Shown here: positions 7,544 through 18,266 of the stretch, piece after piece
How positions within the stretch are numbered: position 1 is the stretch's first letter
Layout: every line of letters begins with the position of its first letter
Source of the DNA: a virus
DNA: 64,000 nucleotides
Direction: 5' to 3' (one strand)
IMG/VR virus record: IMGVR_UViG_3300039008_000243
Coordinates: 1 to 64,000 of that record
Position numbers and translations under genes: made by a program
Notes under the pieces: model-generated
What the model was told of the DNA's origin: nothing
The model's database searches: none
Seen by the model: the letters and a program-made list of their open reading frames with translations, nothing else

Positions 7544-8050
7544 ATGCTTTATACATTAACTACCCAAGCCCAAGATTTCTTATTTCAAAATGCTGAATTA
7601 TCTGGAGACTACCGAGGTATGGTGAAAGTTCTTAAAGTGTTAAGAGATAATTACGGAGTGATTATAGATATTTCTTTAAATTCTAAAAAAAGTGAGATTA
7701 TGCGGGTTTTTGAGGACTTATTAAATAGTGCACACTCACATATACAACATATTGATGAATTAAATCAGTTTAAGCCTAAAGACTTAACTACAGCTCATCA
7801 AGAGCCAGAAGAGCTTAAGGGTAAAAACTCTATAAATAGTTCTCCTTATAACCTGGGAACTAGCTTATATATTTTACTCAGAGAAGGTGCTTATATAACA
7901 GCTTACAATTTTTATCAAAGTATATCCGAGATAAGTCTATCCCAAGTTCTCTCTTACCTTAGTCAGAAAACAGACAGTTTATTTAGTTTTTGTAATTCTT
8001 TTAAACAAATGTTTCAATTACGTAAAACTTTAGATAAAATGTTTTCTTAA
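7544..8050 (+). CDS. Hypothetical protein (early cassette)
   Basis: 168-aa ORF behind P3. Confidence 0.55.
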   Translation: MLYTLTTQAQDFLFQNAELSGDYRGMVKVLKVLRDNYGVIIDISLNSKKSEIMRVFEDLLNSAHSHIQHIDELNQFKPKDLTTAHQEPEELKGKNSINSSPYNLGTSLYILLREGAYITAYNFYQSISEISLSQVLSYLSQKTDSLFSFCNSFKQMFQLRKTLDKMFS

Positions 8051-8098
8051 CTTTATTTCATAATCTAAGCTCTCCTTTTACACCTTATCTTTTTTGTT

Positions 8099-8416
8099 AT
8101 GTACTTTTCAAGACTTTCACTAAATTCTTTTTCTCTAGCAAATATCCCTTTTGAGTATGATACTTACGTAAGAATCTCTAGCTTTTTCACAGACTTTTTT
8201 GTTGCTACAAAGCTAAACTACATCACTACACAAGAACTTTTATCTAAAGATTTAATTTATAGACAGAGCTTAGGTATTATACTGGAACGTGAGAAGGTTT
8301 GTCATCAGCAATTGCTAAATGTTTCTGTTCTCAATACAATGGGTGTTAGACTCAATAGATATAAATTAGTTCATTTTAGTCCCCATCGTCAAACTTTTTC
8401 TCGCATTCTTTACTAG
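8099..8416 (+). CDS. Hypothetical protein
   Basis: 105-aa ORF, co-oriented with its neighbours and followed by a 14-bp-stem terminator. Confidence 0.4.
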   Translation: MYFSRLSLNSFSLANIPFEYDTYVRISSFFTDFFVATKLNYITTQELLSKDLIYRQSLGIILEREKVCHQQLLNVSVLNTMGVRLNRYKLVHFSPHRQTFSRILY

Positions 8417-8424
8417 ATATTAAT

Positions 8425-8458
8425 AAACCTTACGATTAATTCTGTAATCGTAAGGTTT
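8425..8458 (+). terminator. Rho-independent terminator-like hairpin
   Basis: aaaccttacgatta / taatcgtaaggttt, a 14-bp stem with a 6-nt loop. Confidence 0.6.
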
Positions 8459-8538
8459 CTTTACTTATAAAAATTTTTCCAAGGCTTTTATCTAACCTTT
8501 TATCTTTATAACAAATCTTTAAATATTTGTCAAGTTGC

Positions 8539-8563
8539 AGCCCTTATATTTTTTATAAGGGCT
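8539..8563. terminator. Hairpin downstream of the dCMP deaminase operon (convergent gene junction)
   Basis: agcccttata / tataagggct, a 10-bp stem with a T5 loop, 11 nt beyond the minus-strand stop at 8574. Confidence 0.45.
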
Positions 8564-8573
8564 ACTAAAGCGA

Positions 8574-9119
8574 TCATAATATTTTGATCTTTCTGAATTT
8601 TATTTCTTTATGGGTTGTTTCTAATAACTTAAGGTTTACAATTTTGAGTTTTTTTAGTCTTTCATATTCTGAAAGAATAGGGTTATTTTCCCTAATATCA
8701 AAGGTTATAATAAATTTAATCCCGAAGGCTTTTAAAGTCTTAAAACAAGCCATACAAGGCATATGGGTACAAAATAACACTAACCTATTTTGAGCATTCG
8801 GGATAGTCCAGTAAGGGTAGTAAAAACTTATACCAGATAAAAAAATGTTTCTTAACGCCATTATTTCTGCATGAATAGCTCTAGAAGAGACTTCAATTTC
8901 CATACAATGATTATCCCTATCTAAAACCTGGTCACACTTCTTAGTCATGGTACAAGGATTTCCAAAAACGGTGTTTACTCCTGTACTGATAAAGGTACCA
9001 TCGGTTAAATAAATACTAGCTGCCACTTGTTGTCCCAAACAAAAACTTTCTTGGGCATACTCTTCTAGTTGAGTTTTTATTTGGGTTATTTTTAGATTTA
9101 ATTCTGTGCTTATATTCAT
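8574..9119 (-). CDS. dCMP (deoxycytidylate) deaminase
   Basis: Zinc-binding motifs HAEIMAL and PCMAC (H-A-E ... P-C-x-x-C). Size is typical for a phage dCMP deaminase. Confidence 0.85.
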   Translation of the reverse strand: MNISTELNLKITQIKTQLEEYAQESFCLGQQVAASIYLTDGTFISTGVNTVFGNPCTMTKKCDQVLDRDNHCMEIEVSSRAIHAEIMALRNIFLSGISFYYPYWTIPNAQNRLVLFCTHMPCMACFKTLKAFGIKFIITFDIRENNPILSEYERLKKLKIVNLKLLETTHKEIKFRKIKIL

Positions 9120-9430
9120 TAATACCTTATCTCTCTTACTTTGATAATTTTACCTGAATTTATCTTGATGATTTTTAGATTTTGACCAGGTAATCTTTGC
9201 ATAATTGCTTTTATACTTCTTTTTAAGCTATTTGAATGATAGAAATCCTCTATCAAAGAGTTATCTGAAGCTTTTTGAACTGCATAGGTACTTAAAAGTC
9301 CTTTGGCGATCGCCATATTTCTTTCAAATACACTAAAATTTTTTATAACGGATTCCTCAACCTGATCAGGTATATCCTTATCTGCAATTAAACTACTTTC
9401 AAAGGTATATTTTTGCATTAAAAAACTCAT
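9119..9430 (-). CDS. Hypothetical protein
   Basis: ATG at 9430 (the track start at 9433 is a TTG). Stop overlaps the deaminase start. Driven by promoter P5. Confidence 0.5.
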   Translation of the reverse strand: MSFLMQKYTFESSLIADKDIPDQVEESVIKNFSVFERNMAIAKGLLSTYAVQKASDNSLIEDFYHSNSLKRSIKAIMQRLPGQNLKIIKINSGKIIKVREIRY

Positions 9431-9481
9431 CAAGTATAATCTTAATGAGTAATTGTATTATATTAACTAGTTAATTGTCAA
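9431..9481 (-). promoter_or_regulatory. Promoter-operator P5 (minus strand) for the deaminase operon
   Basis: TTGACA (complement of 9476-9481) followed by the palindrome ATTAACTAGTTAAT (9462-9475). It is 4 bp shorter than P1-P4, so the -10 assignment (TATAAT / TAATAC) is ambiguous. Confidence 0.5.
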
Positions 9482-9482
9482 T

Positions 9483-9581
9483 TTATAAGAATATTGGGTG
9501 AAAACCCCGTGTCTTTAGACCGGGGAGTGCCAAAAACTGTAGGTATTTGACACTCCCCGTGTCTTTAGATCGGGGAGTGTC
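9483..9581 (+). repeat. Hairpin-repeat element, two tandem units
   Basis: Unit A is ttataagaatattgggtgaaaaccccgtgtctttagaccggggagtgcc (9483-9531). Unit B is gacactccccg-tgtctttagat-cggggagtgtc (9549-9581), a perfect 11-bp stem. Segments can pair alternatively (A3'/B5'). Unit A recurs inverted at 63801-63848. Confidence 0.7.
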
Positions 9582-9785
9582 AAAGTGGATTTCTTTGATT
9601 GCTGAATTAATTTTGCCCTTGATTTCAGTTAAAAGGTTCAGTTTAATTACTGAACTTTTCTTTGGACTTTTCAGATATGCATTTTGCTTACTGCTATTGT
9701 GGATATTGGGCATCTACAGGAAAAACTCTTCTGTACGTCAAATACTAACTCCAATTACCTTTTACTATAGGTTGAAAATCATCCC

Positions 9786-11171
9786 ATGAAAATTACAGCA
9801 CTTGACCCAAAGATGAATGAAGTTGTTAAGGGTACTCTCTTTAGCCGTTACAGTCGCTCTAATCTCAGTTTAGATGAATTATATGAAAGAGACTTTCAAG
9901 GTTTAGAAGGACAAGAGAAGGCTGAGGATTTTTATGAAAGGATTTTAGTTGGCTATGGTGATGAATCTATAGCAGAGCTAGGTTTTTGTCATGTAGCTAT
10001 CGAAGGTGTTTCTTTGCTGGCAGCTAAAGTTATCGAGGATAGCCGCCTTGGATTAAGTTTTATAGAGCGTTCTACCCGATACAATGACTACACACAAGCA
10101 GGTTATTACATTCCAAAAAACTTAAACCCTGGTCAAAAAACAGTGTACTGCCATTACATGAACTCTCATTTTGAGTTTTATCAAGAACTTAAAGGCGTTC
10201 TATCTAAAGCTTTTGATGATGAAGGGTTAGATAATCAATCCCCTAAGCGAACAAGAGAAGCAAGAGTTTTTGATGCTGTTCGGGGGTTATTACCAATATC
10301 TTCTTTGACCAGTTTAGGAGTTGCAGGTAATGGTAGAGCTTTTGAATTGTTGATTAATAAACTCTTGTCTCATCCTTTGCCCGAATGTAATTTAATTGGT
10401 GAGGAGATTTTACGAGAAGTTGAGAAAGTTTTACCTAATTTTGTGAAAAGAATTTCTACTAAAAAAGGGGCTGGATTCAGAGATTATTTAAGAAGTCTTC
10501 ATGAATTAAAAGAAACTTCAAAAAAAGCTTTTTATAATCATGAAAATTATGATAAAGATGATTTTAAGTTTGAACCAAATCAAAAACTTCATCTAGAGTT
10601 TTTTAATGATTTTTATAAATCAATTGGTTTAGAGTTTCTGGATATCCCTGATTTTTCAAATGATATACCCAAAGTTTTTTATGAAAATATTGTTTTAAAG
10701 ATTTTAGATTCCAGGAAATCACGTTTTGATAAGCTCCCTAGATGCTTTGAGACTGTATCTGTGGTGTTAGATGTAGCGAGTATATCTTTGGGTTGTTGGA
10801 GAGATTTACAAAGACATCGTATAGGACATCAAACATTTGATTGGAGTTTTGGTCAAGAAGCTAGAAAAAATCTCACTTTTGATATTCCAAAAGATTTTGA
10901 GTGTCTGGATAATAAGGATTTTTTCTATTATTACTCTAGATATACAAAATGTATGCAAAATGTCCTAGAGACTCCTTACAGCCTTTGTCTAGGACATAAA
11001 GTACCCTGGTCATGGTCTACAAATCTTAGGAGTTTAATTTATATGTTAGAACTTCGGAGCCAAAAACAAGGCTATTATGAATATAGACAGCTTGCCATTG
11101 ACATTTATCAAGAGTTAATTGAATTTTTTCCTAATTTTGAAGGGAAACTTTTTGTAGATACAGAGATTTAG
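9786..11171 (+). CDS. thyX: FAD-dependent thymidylate synthase ThyX, long form (461 aa)
   Basis: ThyX signature RHR-x8-S (LQRHRIGHQTFDWS) and N-terminal YGDESIAELGFCHVAIEGVS resembling the ThyX H-x-S-x-x-E-H block. About twice the usual length. Confidence 0.8.
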   Translation: MKITALDPKMNEVVKGTLFSRYSRSNLSLDELYERDFQGLEGQEKAEDFYERILVGYGDESIAELGFCHVAIEGVSLLAAKVIEDSRLGLSFIERSTRYNDYTQAGYYIPKNLNPGQKTVYCHYMNSHFEFYQELKGVLSKAFDDEGLDNQSPKRTREARVFDAVRGLLPISSLTSLGVAGNGRAFELLINKLLSHPLPECNLIGEEILREVEKVLPNFVKRISTKKGAGFRDYLRSLHELKETSKKAFYNHENYDKDDFKFEPNQKLHLEFFNDFYKSIGLEFLDIPDFSNDIPKVFYENIVLKILDSRKSRFDKLPRCFETVSVVLDVASISLGCWRDLQRHRIGHQTFDWSFGQEARKNLTFDIPKDFECLDNKDFFYYYSRYTKCMQNVLETPYSLCLGHKVPWSWSTNLRSLIYMLELRSQKQGYYEYRQLAIDIYQELIEFFPNFEGKLFVDTEI

Positions 11172-11257
11172 ATTTATGTTATAATTGGTATAAGTTTTTA
11201 AATTTATAATTTTTTTTCAGGGGTTATGAACTTTCTTGGATGTTTGTTTGGGTACAC

Positions 11258-11773
11258 TTACAAATTTCCTGGAGGACTTAAAGGGACTTCAGGTACAGTC
11301 CCAATCAGTACAGGTTCTCCTTGTCTAATTGTTGTATAAGTTAGTCGGGGAACTTCCCCATTTATGGCATTAAAAGGGGCTTGGCATATCAAGACTAACC
11401 CTCCTGTATCTTGGCTATCCACAAGCTGGTAAGATGTGATTACAAGCTTATCCTGAGCTATTACAGGGGTTACAGGGAAATCTTGGGAGATTATGAAAGC
11501 CTCCAAGATACTATACCTAAAGTAATTGTTGGCTATTAAAAGATTGACCAGGGTAGGTGATAGAGGTAGCGCCAGCTCAGTATCTTGATTATTTCCTGTA
11601 ATGTTTCTCTGTGGAGGATCATAAGTTACAGGTAAGTATTGATAATCCTCAGAGTTAAATACAAAAACCCCATTATTATCACTCCAGAAGTTCTGTATAC
11701 GATATGTTGCACCTTCTGAGGTAGTTAATTTGAATAGGTGCCCTATTATATAATCACTACGTGTAAAAACCAT
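11258..11773 (-). CDS. Hypothetical protein, last gene of the tail/fibre block
   Basis: 171-aa ORF co-oriented with the tail genes. No motif recognised. Confidence 0.5.
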   Translation of the reverse strand: MVFTRSDYIIGHLFKLTTSEGATYRIQNFWSDNNGVFVFNSEDYQYLPVTYDPPQRNITGNNQDTELALPLSPTLVNLLIANNYFRYSILEAFIISQDFPVTPVIAQDKLVITSYQLVDSQDTGGLVLICQAPFNAINGEVPRLTYTTIRQGEPVLIGTVPEVPLSPPGNL

Positions 11774-12524
11774 AATTTTTTTTAAATTTTTTTAAAAGTT
11801 TGAAAAAACTTTTATGCCCCCTGGTCACATAGATATTTATCCATTTTTCTAAGTCTTTTATTTCTTTTTGATTTTCCTTATTTAGGTAGGTGTCATTGGC
11901 TTTTTCTCTGTAATGTATTTGAATTACTCCATAAGAACCTTTTTTATCTTCAAGCATTTTCATTTTAACTATTTTAGCTTCTATAGATTCCATGTATAAT
12001 CTGCAAAGTTGATTACATTTATCTATAGAAAAAGTTATAAAATTATTTTTTTTCGCTTGGCTAGCTTTTATTTCTTCTTGTATAATATCTCTGTCAATAC
12101 AAGGATATTGTTTTTTTAATGAACTTAATAGCTTATCATGAGCTTCAAATAATACAATTAGCTCTTGCTTTTCTATTTGTTCTAATTTTATCCCCCCTTT
12201 GATAATACCAATAACTACTCTATCAGCCTTTAACTTTATTCTTATGTCTTCTAAGTAGTTGTTGATAACTTCTATAGCTTCTAAATCTTTGTAATTTATA
12301 TATTTTTTGGCTGTTTGGTAATAGTTTTCGAAAAGTTTCTTATTAGTTAAAATAAGTGCAATTAAGGCTATTAAAGCAGAGCTTACATTAGACCCTGCAT
12401 CAATAAGATCTGTGTTTTTTACACAGATTTCTATTTTTTCTTTTTCTATTGTTTCTATATATCTACAATTAATTCGGGTAGTCCCCAAAAAGTTGGTCAA
12501 GATTATTGATAACAGTAGCTGCAT
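11757..12524 (-). CDS. Hypothetical Lys/Ile-rich protein
   Basis: 255-aa ORF. The 5' 56 nt overlap the upstream gene, so the true start may be internal. Confidence 0.45.
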   Translation of the reverse strand: MQLLLSIILTNFLGTTRINCRYIETIEKEKIEICVKNTDLIDAGSNVSSALIALIALILTNKKLFENYYQTAKKYINYKDLEAIEVINNYLEDIRIKLKADRVVIGIIKGGIKLEQIEKQELIVLFEAHDKLLSSLKKQYPCIDRDIIQEEIKASQAKKNNFITFSIDKCNQLCRLYMESIEAKIVKMKMLEDKKGSYGVIQIHYREKANDTYLNKENQKEIKDLEKWINIYVTRGHKSFFKLLKKFKKNYGFYT

Positions 12525-12921
12525 TAGGGTTTAATAAAAAGAAGTTTGAGTAATTTTTTTCGTATTTTATAGGAATTCTTTGTGTTTCTGTTAATGTTTG
12601 CATAATTTGATTAAAATACCCTCTATTTATTTTTTTAACATATTTTACTAGGTATGAAGATAAGTCTAAATTTTGTGCTGTATCCGTAATTCTTTCTAAT
12701 AATGCCCCTGTTAATGGGGTCAATAGCATTTGTTTTTGTCTTGTTTGTCCTTCTATTTTTGGATATTTTACTTCAATGACTGCTATGACTTCGTATGGGG
12801 TGGCATAGAGATCTCCATCGGAATCTAGGCAAAGAGCATAATTATCTGTTTCTGGCACTATTTGAAGGACTCTGAATATAAAACCATCAGGGGTAAAAAT
12901 CTCAGTTATAAATTCTGCCAT
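12469..12921 (-). CDS. Hypothetical protein
   Basis: 150-aa ORF tightly packed after the fibre-like gene. Confidence 0.5.
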   Translation of the reverse strand: MAEFITEIFTPDGFIFRVLQIVPETDNYALCLDSDGDLYATPYEVIAVIEVKYPKIEGQTRQKQMLLTPLTGALLERITDTAQNLDLSSYLVKYVKKINRGYFNQIMQTLTETQRIPIKYEKNYSNFFLLNPNAATVINNLDQLFGDYPN

Positions 12922-12922
12922 T

Positions 12923-14215
<1,293 letters not shown>

Positions 14216-17200
14216 TTATATATCTCCAGCATTAATAGTTACAACCTGGTTAACAAACCAGTTAAAGGGTGTGAATGTTAGGGGCTCGCCTGTAAAAGTT
14301 AATAAGCCTGGATCAGAACTTATTAGATTTATATTAACATTTTCTAAAGGTTGTCTAGACAGTCTCACAGACAGAATAGTTTGGCTGTTTTCTGTCATAA
14401 CAATAGATGATGGGTTGATAATTACACTTATGTCTGAGTTATTCTCAGTATTTACTAAAATTCTATCTAAAGAAGCCAAGACCAGGGGATTAAATTCTCT
14501 TATCTCCCCTGAAATGTTAAAAATACCATATTCACTTGTGCTTACCACGGTCTCTATGTTTGGTACAGAATCAAAAACCCAAATACCCTCATATTCTGGA
14601 TAATTGAATAGTGTGGTATCAAAAGTAAAAGGAGTATTTAGTCCTTTGATATTATTATAAAATCTTATAAATTCTTTTGTTTTTTCACTACATAGGTTAT
14701 TATATCTGAAAGTAATTTTTCTATTCTTGGGTGATCTTTGCAAAGATAATCTTTGTTCGTTACCATCTGCATAACTTTGATATATATCAGGTATTTTTAC
14801 CTCCTCAATAGATTCTGAATAGTGGAAAGGCTGATTTTGATATGGAGGCACTAAAATAGGATATATAGGTAAATCGTCAATAGTATTTGGTTGTTGAATT
14901 AGAGCCTCGTTTATGATTATTTGGCTATAGAATTGAATAATCCAACCGTGCCAGATAGGAAAATATTCATTTTCACTCCCTACAGTGGGTTGTAAGCCTG
15001 CCCATGAGCCTTCCATAATCCCTGTATCTACAAAATTAGATGTAATGTAATCAAAACATCTATTGAGAGTACTTAAAGAGCTCTCCGGAAGTACCCCTGC
15101 AATATTACAATTAAGAGCTGTTAATCCTATGAGAGCTGAGTAACCAGGGTTTTCCGACTCTATTACAACTGCATCCCCAAACCTGGTCGGTGGTTGTAAA
15201 TTAGGTAGATTATTATCAAAAAAGTCTTTAATAAAATTCAAAAAGTTTTGTAAAATGCCTAACACTGAACCATCCTGAGTTTTTTGGTAGTATATGGCTA
15301 TTTCTAAATATGATTTATATATTATTTCTGCATCATTTTGGTTGTTTAATCTAAAATTATTCCAATCAAATCCATTTACTTTTTCAACATTTATAAAAGA
15401 TAGGATTAAGAATAAGCTAGGAGTATTTAAAACTTTAGAATTACTTCCATTTATTCTTGAATTTTCAGGGTTATAAGGATAAAATTCTCCATATAATAAG
15501 TTATTTGTAAAGTCTATATTATACCTTTGATTAGATAATTGTAATAATTGTTTTAAATTATTTGAAGCTGTTCCATCCGATAATCCTTGATGGGATAAAT
15601 TATACTTAATGTTTTCACTTACATCAGTGGAATTAAGTTCAGGAATAACCCCTGGGGCAAAATTTAGAGTATTTAAAGAGTTATTTGGGCTTTTTATATA
15701 CTCAATCTCCCAAATATAACTAACATTATTATTCAAATTAGATATTTTAAAATCTTTTATCCCTAACCCTATACTTAAAATTTCTAAAGGCTTTCCAATT
15801 GCGAATATATGAAGTTCTGTGTTATCTTCTAGTGCAGTTATTTTTATTTTCCTTAACTTTTGGTTATTTATTCCAAAAGAAATCCCCCAAGAGCTTGAAA
15901 ACGTTGTGTAGGTTATTGGAGATTGTACCAAGTTTAATGTGTATGTATCATACCCCACTGTCTCAAAAGAAACTAATATTGACTCATTAGTTTTATAAGT
16001 AATTTCAGGTAAAAGATAATCAAAAGCAATTTTGGTAAATTCAAAACTTTCTTCCTGATTAAAATTAATTACAAAAATTCCTGTATTGATTGTAAAAGAC
16101 TTGTAGTTAACGGTTTCATTAATTTTAGTTACGATTCCATCGCTAATAAAATCATTTTTTACTGAGAATGTATCTTGTTTGATATTAGTAAAATCTGAGG
16201 AAGAATATGAATAATCAGATAGGGTATTATTTATAATTTTATAACTTTTCCATTTATTTTCTAAACAAACTTCAATTACAGTCTCCCCCTGGTCACAACG
16301 ATGTCTGCATACAAAATTTGTGTTAAAATTTAATTCATAAACTTGATTAATTAAGGTAGCTTTGGCTTGGGGATTATTAGGGGTTAAATCTAATTCAATT
16401 GAATTAGTTTGGGGGTTTATTGAGTTTAATGTGCTGTTTATTAGGTTTAGTCTACAATAATTTAAAATTCTATCATTTTTTTTCTCAAAAATAGGGGTTA
16501 CTGGAATAGTATAAATATTTAGCCGATTTCTTAAAAGATTTACAAGGTTTTGAAAATTTGTATTTGTATTTGTATTATTCTGTAAATATAATTCATAAGC
16601 TTTTATTATAGACCAATAAATACCCAAAGGACTTTCCGATTTATCCGTTAAAATAGGATTTAGACTAAACCAACCCTCTAAATTGTTAACCAGGGTAGGG
16701 GCATTGATGTTAGTTATATCTTCTAGGGTATATATGATGTTCAAATCCCCTGTAAAGGTGGTATTTTTCAGAATTATTGTGCCATTAGCTTCTAGGGTGG
16801 TTTCTAACTCACTATAGATGCCAATTGTTCTCATGCGAAAACCATTAGTAACCCAATAATCTATCTCAAAGATTTCCCCATCTACAGAGGTTAGAGTATT
16901 TTTATATAGAAAATCTCCATCAAAAACGCAAAATACTCTACTAAGATTTGCAGGTAGATTAGCGACTCCATTTACAAAACTTACAGTTGCATACTCCCCG
17001 GATGCAAAGGTATCTCCAACCAAGGTTTCTTCCCTGGTCAGATTGTTTAAAGCTATTATCTGGTTCTGTAATTGGAAATTATTATCAGCCGGGTTCGCAG
17101 GTACTAAAGTGTTGGCAAAGTAGTTTATAATAGAGTTTAATTTGTTCAAAGATAGGGTTTCCCAGTCTACCTCTGTAGTGGCTAAAAAAGCTAAAAAATA

Positions 17201-17389
17201 AGCATAAGCAAGCTCTGCTTCATATTCAATTAAACTTACATTTGCATATTTTAATCTATTGTTTAAGAAAGCTAAAGGGCTTATAAAGTTAGTTGTTTGA
17301 TAAGAAGGGAAATTATTACTTGTAAAATTATTAATAAAAATGAGAGCTTTCTCTAATTCTATTTTTATTGTATTTGTATCAAAAGTCAT
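14216..17389 (-). CDS. Large tail fibre / baseplate-associated structural protein (1057 aa)
   Basis: Asn-rich repetitive composition. The C-terminus (LLTFTGEPLTFTPFNWFVNQVVTI) carries the same beta-sandwich repeat motif as the 22795..24258 protein. Start and stop are coupled to neighbouring genes. Confidence 0.55.
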   Translation of the reverse strand: MTFDTNTIKIELEKALIFINNFTSNNFPSYQTTNFISPLAFLNNRLKYANVSLIEYEAELAYAYFLAFLATTEVDWETLSLNKLNSIINYFANTLVPANPADNNFQLQNQIIALNNLTREETLVGDTFASGEYATVSFVNGVANLPANLSRVFCVFDGDFLYKNTLTSVDGEIFEIDYWVTNGFRMRTIGIYSELETTLEANGTIILKNTTFTGDLNIIYTLEDITNINAPTLVNNLEGWFSLNPILTDKSESPLGIYWSIIKAYELYLQNNTNTNTNFQNLVNLLRNRLNIYTIPVTPIFEKKNDRILNYCRLNLINSTLNSINPQTNSIELDLTPNNPQAKATLINQVYELNFNTNFVCRHRCDQGETVIEVCLENKWKSYKIINNTLSDYSYSSSDFTNIKQDTFSVKNDFISDGIVTKINETVNYKSFTINTGIFVINFNQEESFEFTKIAFDYLLPEITYKTNESILVSFETVGYDTYTLNLVQSPITYTTFSSSWGISFGINNQKLRKIKITALEDNTELHIFAIGKPLEILSIGLGIKDFKISNLNNNVSYIWEIEYIKSPNNSLNTLNFAPGVIPELNSTDVSENIKYNLSHQGLSDGTASNNLKQLLQLSNQRYNIDFTNNLLYGEFYPYNPENSRINGSNSKVLNTPSLFLILSFINVEKVNGFDWNNFRLNNQNDAEIIYKSYLEIAIYYQKTQDGSVLGILQNFLNFIKDFFDNNLPNLQPPTRFGDAVVIESENPGYSALIGLTALNCNIAGVLPESSLSTLNRCFDYITSNFVDTGIMEGSWAGLQPTVGSENEYFPIWHGWIIQFYSQIIINEALIQQPNTIDDLPIYPILVPPYQNQPFHYSESIEEVKIPDIYQSYADGNEQRLSLQRSPKNRKITFRYNNLCSEKTKEFIRFYNNIKGLNTPFTFDTTLFNYPEYEGIWVFDSVPNIETVVSTSEYGIFNISGEIREFNPLVLASLDRILVNTENNSDISVIINPSSIVMTENSQTILSVRLSRQPLENVNINLISSDPGLLTFTGEPLTFTPFNWFVNQVVTINAGDI

Positions 17390-17820
17390 TAGATTATACT
17401 AGGTTTTATAATTAAAGATGCTCCCACATCAACAGGGGTTCTTAATATCACAAATATATTGGTGAATCCCCCTTTTTTATTGTCTAACTTAAAAAACTCT
17501 TGTCTGTCGTTTGACCAGGTTATATCATTGTTTAAAAAATCTCTATAGGTGCCCCCACCATCATTAGAAATTCTGAAATTAAAACTTAATGATGTTGTAA
17601 CATTTTGAGATTCTATTGAATAGTTTAATAAAGATTTATCTCCAATACCTAAAGGAGTGCTTTCTAAATCTCCTAAATTAAGGGTCTCTTGAGCTTGTGA
17701 AATATCTACAGAGAAGTTTTCAGTGTTTTCAATCTTGAATCGGAAAACACCAGCAGGATTTTCATTAAAATCAAAATTTCTAGGATCTCCATTGCCATCT
17801 AAAAAGGTTAGTAAAGTCAT
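17389..17820 (-). CDS. Hypothetical structural protein
   Basis: 143-aa ORF whose stop overlaps the start of the 1057-aa gene. Confidence 0.5.
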   Translation of the reverse strand: MTLLTFLDGNGDPRNFDFNENPAGVFRFKIENTENFSVDISQAQETLNLGDLESTPLGIGDKSLLNYSIESQNVTTSLSFNFRISNDGGGTYRDFLNNDITWSNDRQEFFKLDNKKGGFTNIFVILRTPVDVGASLIIKPSII

Positions 17821-17826
17821 TTTAGT

Positions 17827-18225
17827 TTAGGAAATAACAGCTCTTAAAATAAAATTTAAGTCGAAACTAGGGTTTTCTAAATTTATAAATCTAGGGGTAA
17901 TATCAATTTTATTTTGGTCAAAAACCCAAAATTCATTTTCAATTAAAGCTTGATTTATTAAATTATTTTCAAAATTTTTTAAAATAATTGAAGGGAGCCT
18001 GAACACCCTGGTCGTCATTAGTTGTAAATCTACATAAAAATTTCTAATAAGATCAATATCTTCCTTACACTTGTTTATATATTCAAATCTTAATTTATTG
18101 TTTGTATTATACCATTGAGTGGGGTATCTAAATATATCTGTATTTTTATAATCTTCTCTAGTTCCATTGTAATCTGAAAGCTCTATCTGTATTTTATTTG
18201 GAATTAAAGGGGGTAAAACTGCCAT
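17827..18225 (-). CDS. Hypothetical structural protein
   Basis: 132-aa ORF in the tail block. Confidence 0.5.
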   Translation of the reverse strand: MAVLPPLIPNKIQIELSDYNGTREDYKNTDIFRYPTQWYNTNNKLRFEYINKCKEDIDLIRNFYVDLQLMTTRVFRLPSIILKNFENNLINQALIENEFWVFDQNKIDITPRFINLENPSFDLNFILRAVIS

Positions 18226-18266
18226 AACAATACTCTATAATAGATGTGTAGTTTGTATATAAAAAG

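Noticed and set aside
9306-9313. HIP1 octamer GCGATCGC as evidence for a cyanobacterial host
   Set aside because: I noticed only a single copy. Together with the IS605/TnpB type and the LTFT..NW..PQT-like repeats it is a weak hint. One copy cannot support a host assignment or a HIP1-type enrichment.
9505-9581. Possible mini-CRISPR array (two 26-bp repeats about 50 bp apart)
   Set aside because: There are only two units. The intervening segment is about 24 bp and itself pairs with the repeats. The repeat is an internal palindrome also found singly and inverted at 63801-63848, and no cas genes are present. It is better described as a hairpin-repeat regulatory element.
9483-9789. Track ORFs 9483..9713 (-) and 9547..9789 (+)
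   Set aside because: They are mutually antisense and span the hairpin repeats in the thyX leader. Composition is junk-like, and no promoter or ribosome-binding context supports them.
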